Assembly: GCA_039621445.1 (NCBI GenBank)
Contig: CP154954.1
Location: forward strand, 17,700,589-17,764,588
DNA: 64,000 bases
Source of the DNA: Euglena gracilis
Lineage: Eukaryota
Direction of reading: 5' to 3'
The translations under genes were made by a program, and so were the position numbers. This document shows positions 61,184 to 64,000 of the stretch, one piece after another. Each line of letters begins with the position of its first letter. Within the stretch, counting starts at the first letter, position 1. Under the pieces are notes generated by a model, which worked only from the letters and a program-made list of their open reading frames with translations, was not told the DNA's origin and did no database searches.

Positions 61184-62690
61184 GTTTCTGTTGCCAAGAC
61201 CCAGATCCACTACCCTGATTGCGAGATTATTGCAACATGCCAAAAAGGGTTTTTCCAGCTTCGTGGGAGGGTTTGCACCACACCTGCCAGCATATTTTCT
61301 ATGCCAGCCCTGTTGGAATTAAGGTGTATCTCTTTTCCAACCCATTTCTTGACTCAGTTTTGGCCCATTTTTGCACCCCCGAAAGCCAAAAAAAATTCGT
61401 TGCATTCCAGCCTCTTGGCTGGAAACAAATGAACCTTGTTGATGGGGGGAGGGTGGTCCGGAGCTGGAAAATTGCTTGTGGCTGGCTGGAACCCCCAGGG
61501 GTGGTGGAGTCAAATTTATTTAGGCAAGTCAGGGCAAATTTGGGGTCAAAGAAAATCGATTTGTTGCATATTTGGCAGTTTTTTTGACATTTTTTTTTGC
61601 AGTTTCAGTTTATTGGCACCCGGGCCCCCGGGGGGGGGGGTCAGCCAGCAGCCTTTTTCCAGCCTCTGAGCTGGGAAATTTGGACCGCGGGAGGTCGTTA
61701 AAAAGCGCCCTGATTGACATATAATGGCCAGGAAATGGAATTTTTTTGAGACAGTAATTTACCGGCACCAAATCCCAGCCAGTTTCCCCAAAGCAGATCC
61801 TGCGAAGGCGTGCTCCTGTCCCAATGACAGAGTCCAAGCCAAAGCCGAAGGTCTCTTACTTCTAAGTCTTCTTACTTCTTTTACCACTTTTCATTGGCTG
61901 ACGTAGCCAAAATGCAGGTGACAGGAGATGCATTGCCGATGCTGAACCTGTATTGGGCACGCATTGGAAATCCAATTTGAGGAAAGGGCACCAAAATCAT
62001 GTGATGATGCCATTTTGCCACAGGGGAAGAGTGGTTGGGACAGAGGGGTAGTGTGAAGCCTGGTCTGGGCTAGGCATCTGTGTCACCGAAATGGTACCGT
62101 AAAACAACCTTGTTTTGTTTGCATTTAATTTATTTCATTTCACTTTTTTGGTCGAAGTATTGGGCCGAAATGAACAAACGCTCTGCTGTCGCAGCTCTTG
62201 TGACGGGGTCAAACCATTTGTTGCTGCCCAAAGATTTCAGAGTTTTGGGAGAAAGTGCGTTGACCTAAAGAGAATGGGATTTTTCCGCAAATTGACCCCA
62301 CCAGCACCATCACTGATATTGTGGGTGAATGTCACGAGAAGCGACAATATGGTCGGGCATCCAGGCTGCTGCTCAAGGGTTCGCAGTACCCCCTGGGGGT
62401 GGTCGACTGCAGCTAGTTCAAATTTGGCCAGCAGAAATCCGAGCGATTGGAATCAAAATCCGAGTGATTATTGCGGCATGTGCTGAGGTGGAAATGAGGT
62501 TTTTAATGTGTTCTTTTGGCTGATTGTTCCAAAACTGGCCAAACAAATGGGCAATTCGGCCAGTTTGGGGGTGCATGATTTTTGGCGCTGTTCCCCTCCC
62601 CTCCCCTAGATCAAAAATATCTTCCAGTCCTGGTCTAGCAAATGGTTATTTTTCCAGAGTCGAGCAAATGGCCAGTCAGTAGACCCCCAC

Positions 62691-62830
62691 CAGGGTTCGA
62701 TATAAGGAGGGCGTACATGGTTTAGGTGGGGGGGGGTGTCCCCCCCACCCCCCCCCCTCCTGGCCCGCAGGGGGGGGTCCGGACCACCCCCCCACCTGCA
62801 AGGGGGGTCCGGACCGACCCTCGGGGGCAA
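62691..62830. mobile_element. Longer or partial MITE family A relative
   Basis: Starts cagggttcgatataaggagggcgtacatggtttagg, the reverse complement of the family A right end; other end not found. Confidence 0.8.
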
Positions 62831-63820
62831 AAATTGACCCCCCCCCAAAAGGGTCAATTTTTTCCCCCGGAAATTTCTGAGAACAGACATGTCCCCACCA
62901 CCTTTCAACGGCAGATTCCCGCAAGTCACCATGTGATTTTACCAATTTTTTTGATTCTGCAAGATCCTCTCCCACCACGACAATCCTATTGCGTTCGGAA
63001 ACGGGGAAATGAGAAGAAAGAGGGAGACCCAGTTTGTTTTTTTTTGTGGTATTTTGTGTGTTTTTGGTTTGGCAATTGACATGAAAAATCCCCAATTTGG
63101 TTTCCACGAGATTTTTATGCCCATTTTTTTCAGTGGTCATTTTTGAATCTTTCTGATTTTAATTTGAGTTTTTCTGCTTCATTTGGTGGTCCCCCCCCCC
63201 CGCTTTCGTCCCTCTCATGACAAATTGGTAGTGTTCTGTGTTTGGGCAATGCATTTCTGGCTCTCATCTTGCATTTCCGTTCCATTCTCTGAATGGAGAA
63301 ATGGCAATTCAAAGCGAAACGCACCGCAACTCCTTTGGACCCCATTGCTGTTGCCGTCTTTCGTTATTTGACCTTTTGAAAAGTTTTCAGAGTGGGCTTT
63401 CACAGGCCCCTCCAAAGGCTCCGCTCATTGGGTACGTTGGCTCAGTGCCCACTCTGAGGGTCCAAAAATTGGCGGAAATGTCAACACTGGGGGGAGGGAT
63501 TGCACAGGAATTCCCGGCATTTTTTTTGGGTGGCGCGTGGGGGGCAGTGGCCAGAGTTCTTTCACCACCGCTGGGCCCAACCCAACCACTTTGGGCCAGC
63601 ACACCCCCAAAGACCCTCCCTGACAAGCACCTCCGTTGCTGGGCGAGGGAGGGTTTTTTTGGGGGACCAAACTCCGCAAAAAACCGACGGGTGAAGAAGA
63701 ACACCTTTCGGGGCCACCCGGCTTCCTTCTTCTCCGACTTTTATGACTTTTTTTTTAAGAGGCCGAAAACGGCCGAGCGGGGAAGTCAAAAAATACCCTT
63801 CGAACTGCCTTCGCGACCCA

Positions 63821-64000
63821 GATTCGGACTCCCACGACAGAGGAAGGGGGAGGAAGGGACCAAGAGGGCGAAGCACAAGAAGATGGTGAGGTCCTGCTTT
63901 CCTTGCCGGCTGTTTTGTTCTGGTGTGTTTGTGCGTGCGCGGGGGGTGCTTCTTACTGCGCCTTTGTTGCCGGAGTTGGCGATGATGAGGCCTCGTCCGA
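63821..64000 (-). mobile_element. Right terminus of a second copy of the YR retrotransposon, inverted, running off the window
   Basis: Reverse complement of ~8935-9112 (cggactcccacgacagagg...gccggagttggcg). Confidence 0.92.

Overview
Eukaryotic, intron- and transposon-rich DNA, most likely from a euglenid (inferred from mixed GT-AG and end-paired non-conventional introns). Contents: (1) a degraded DIRS-like tyrosine-recombinase retrotransposon (~4365-9112) with RT, RNase H, YR and an N6-adenine MTase ORF lying inside an apparent intron of YR, plus the terminus of a second copy at the right edge; (2) the 3' 19 exons of a DDB1 gene on the minus strand (31781-9686), with 15 GT-AG introns and 3 non-GT-AG introns; (3) 3' exons of a HADHA/FadJ-like beta-oxidation enzyme on the plus strand (34896-~61180); (4) between two of its exons, a 22.6-kb array of ~26 tandem ~857-bp units, each with two box C/D snoRNA-like genes; (5) several families of CAGG...CCTG MITEs with 8-bp target-site duplications. 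The most striking observation is that one non-conventional DDB1 intron is itself such a MITE with a perfect 8-bp TSD, and removing it in the euglenid CAG(+4)/CTG(-8..-6) register deletes exactly one TSD copy and restores the frame. All calls are by eye; homopolymer errors and possible mis-assembly limit precision.
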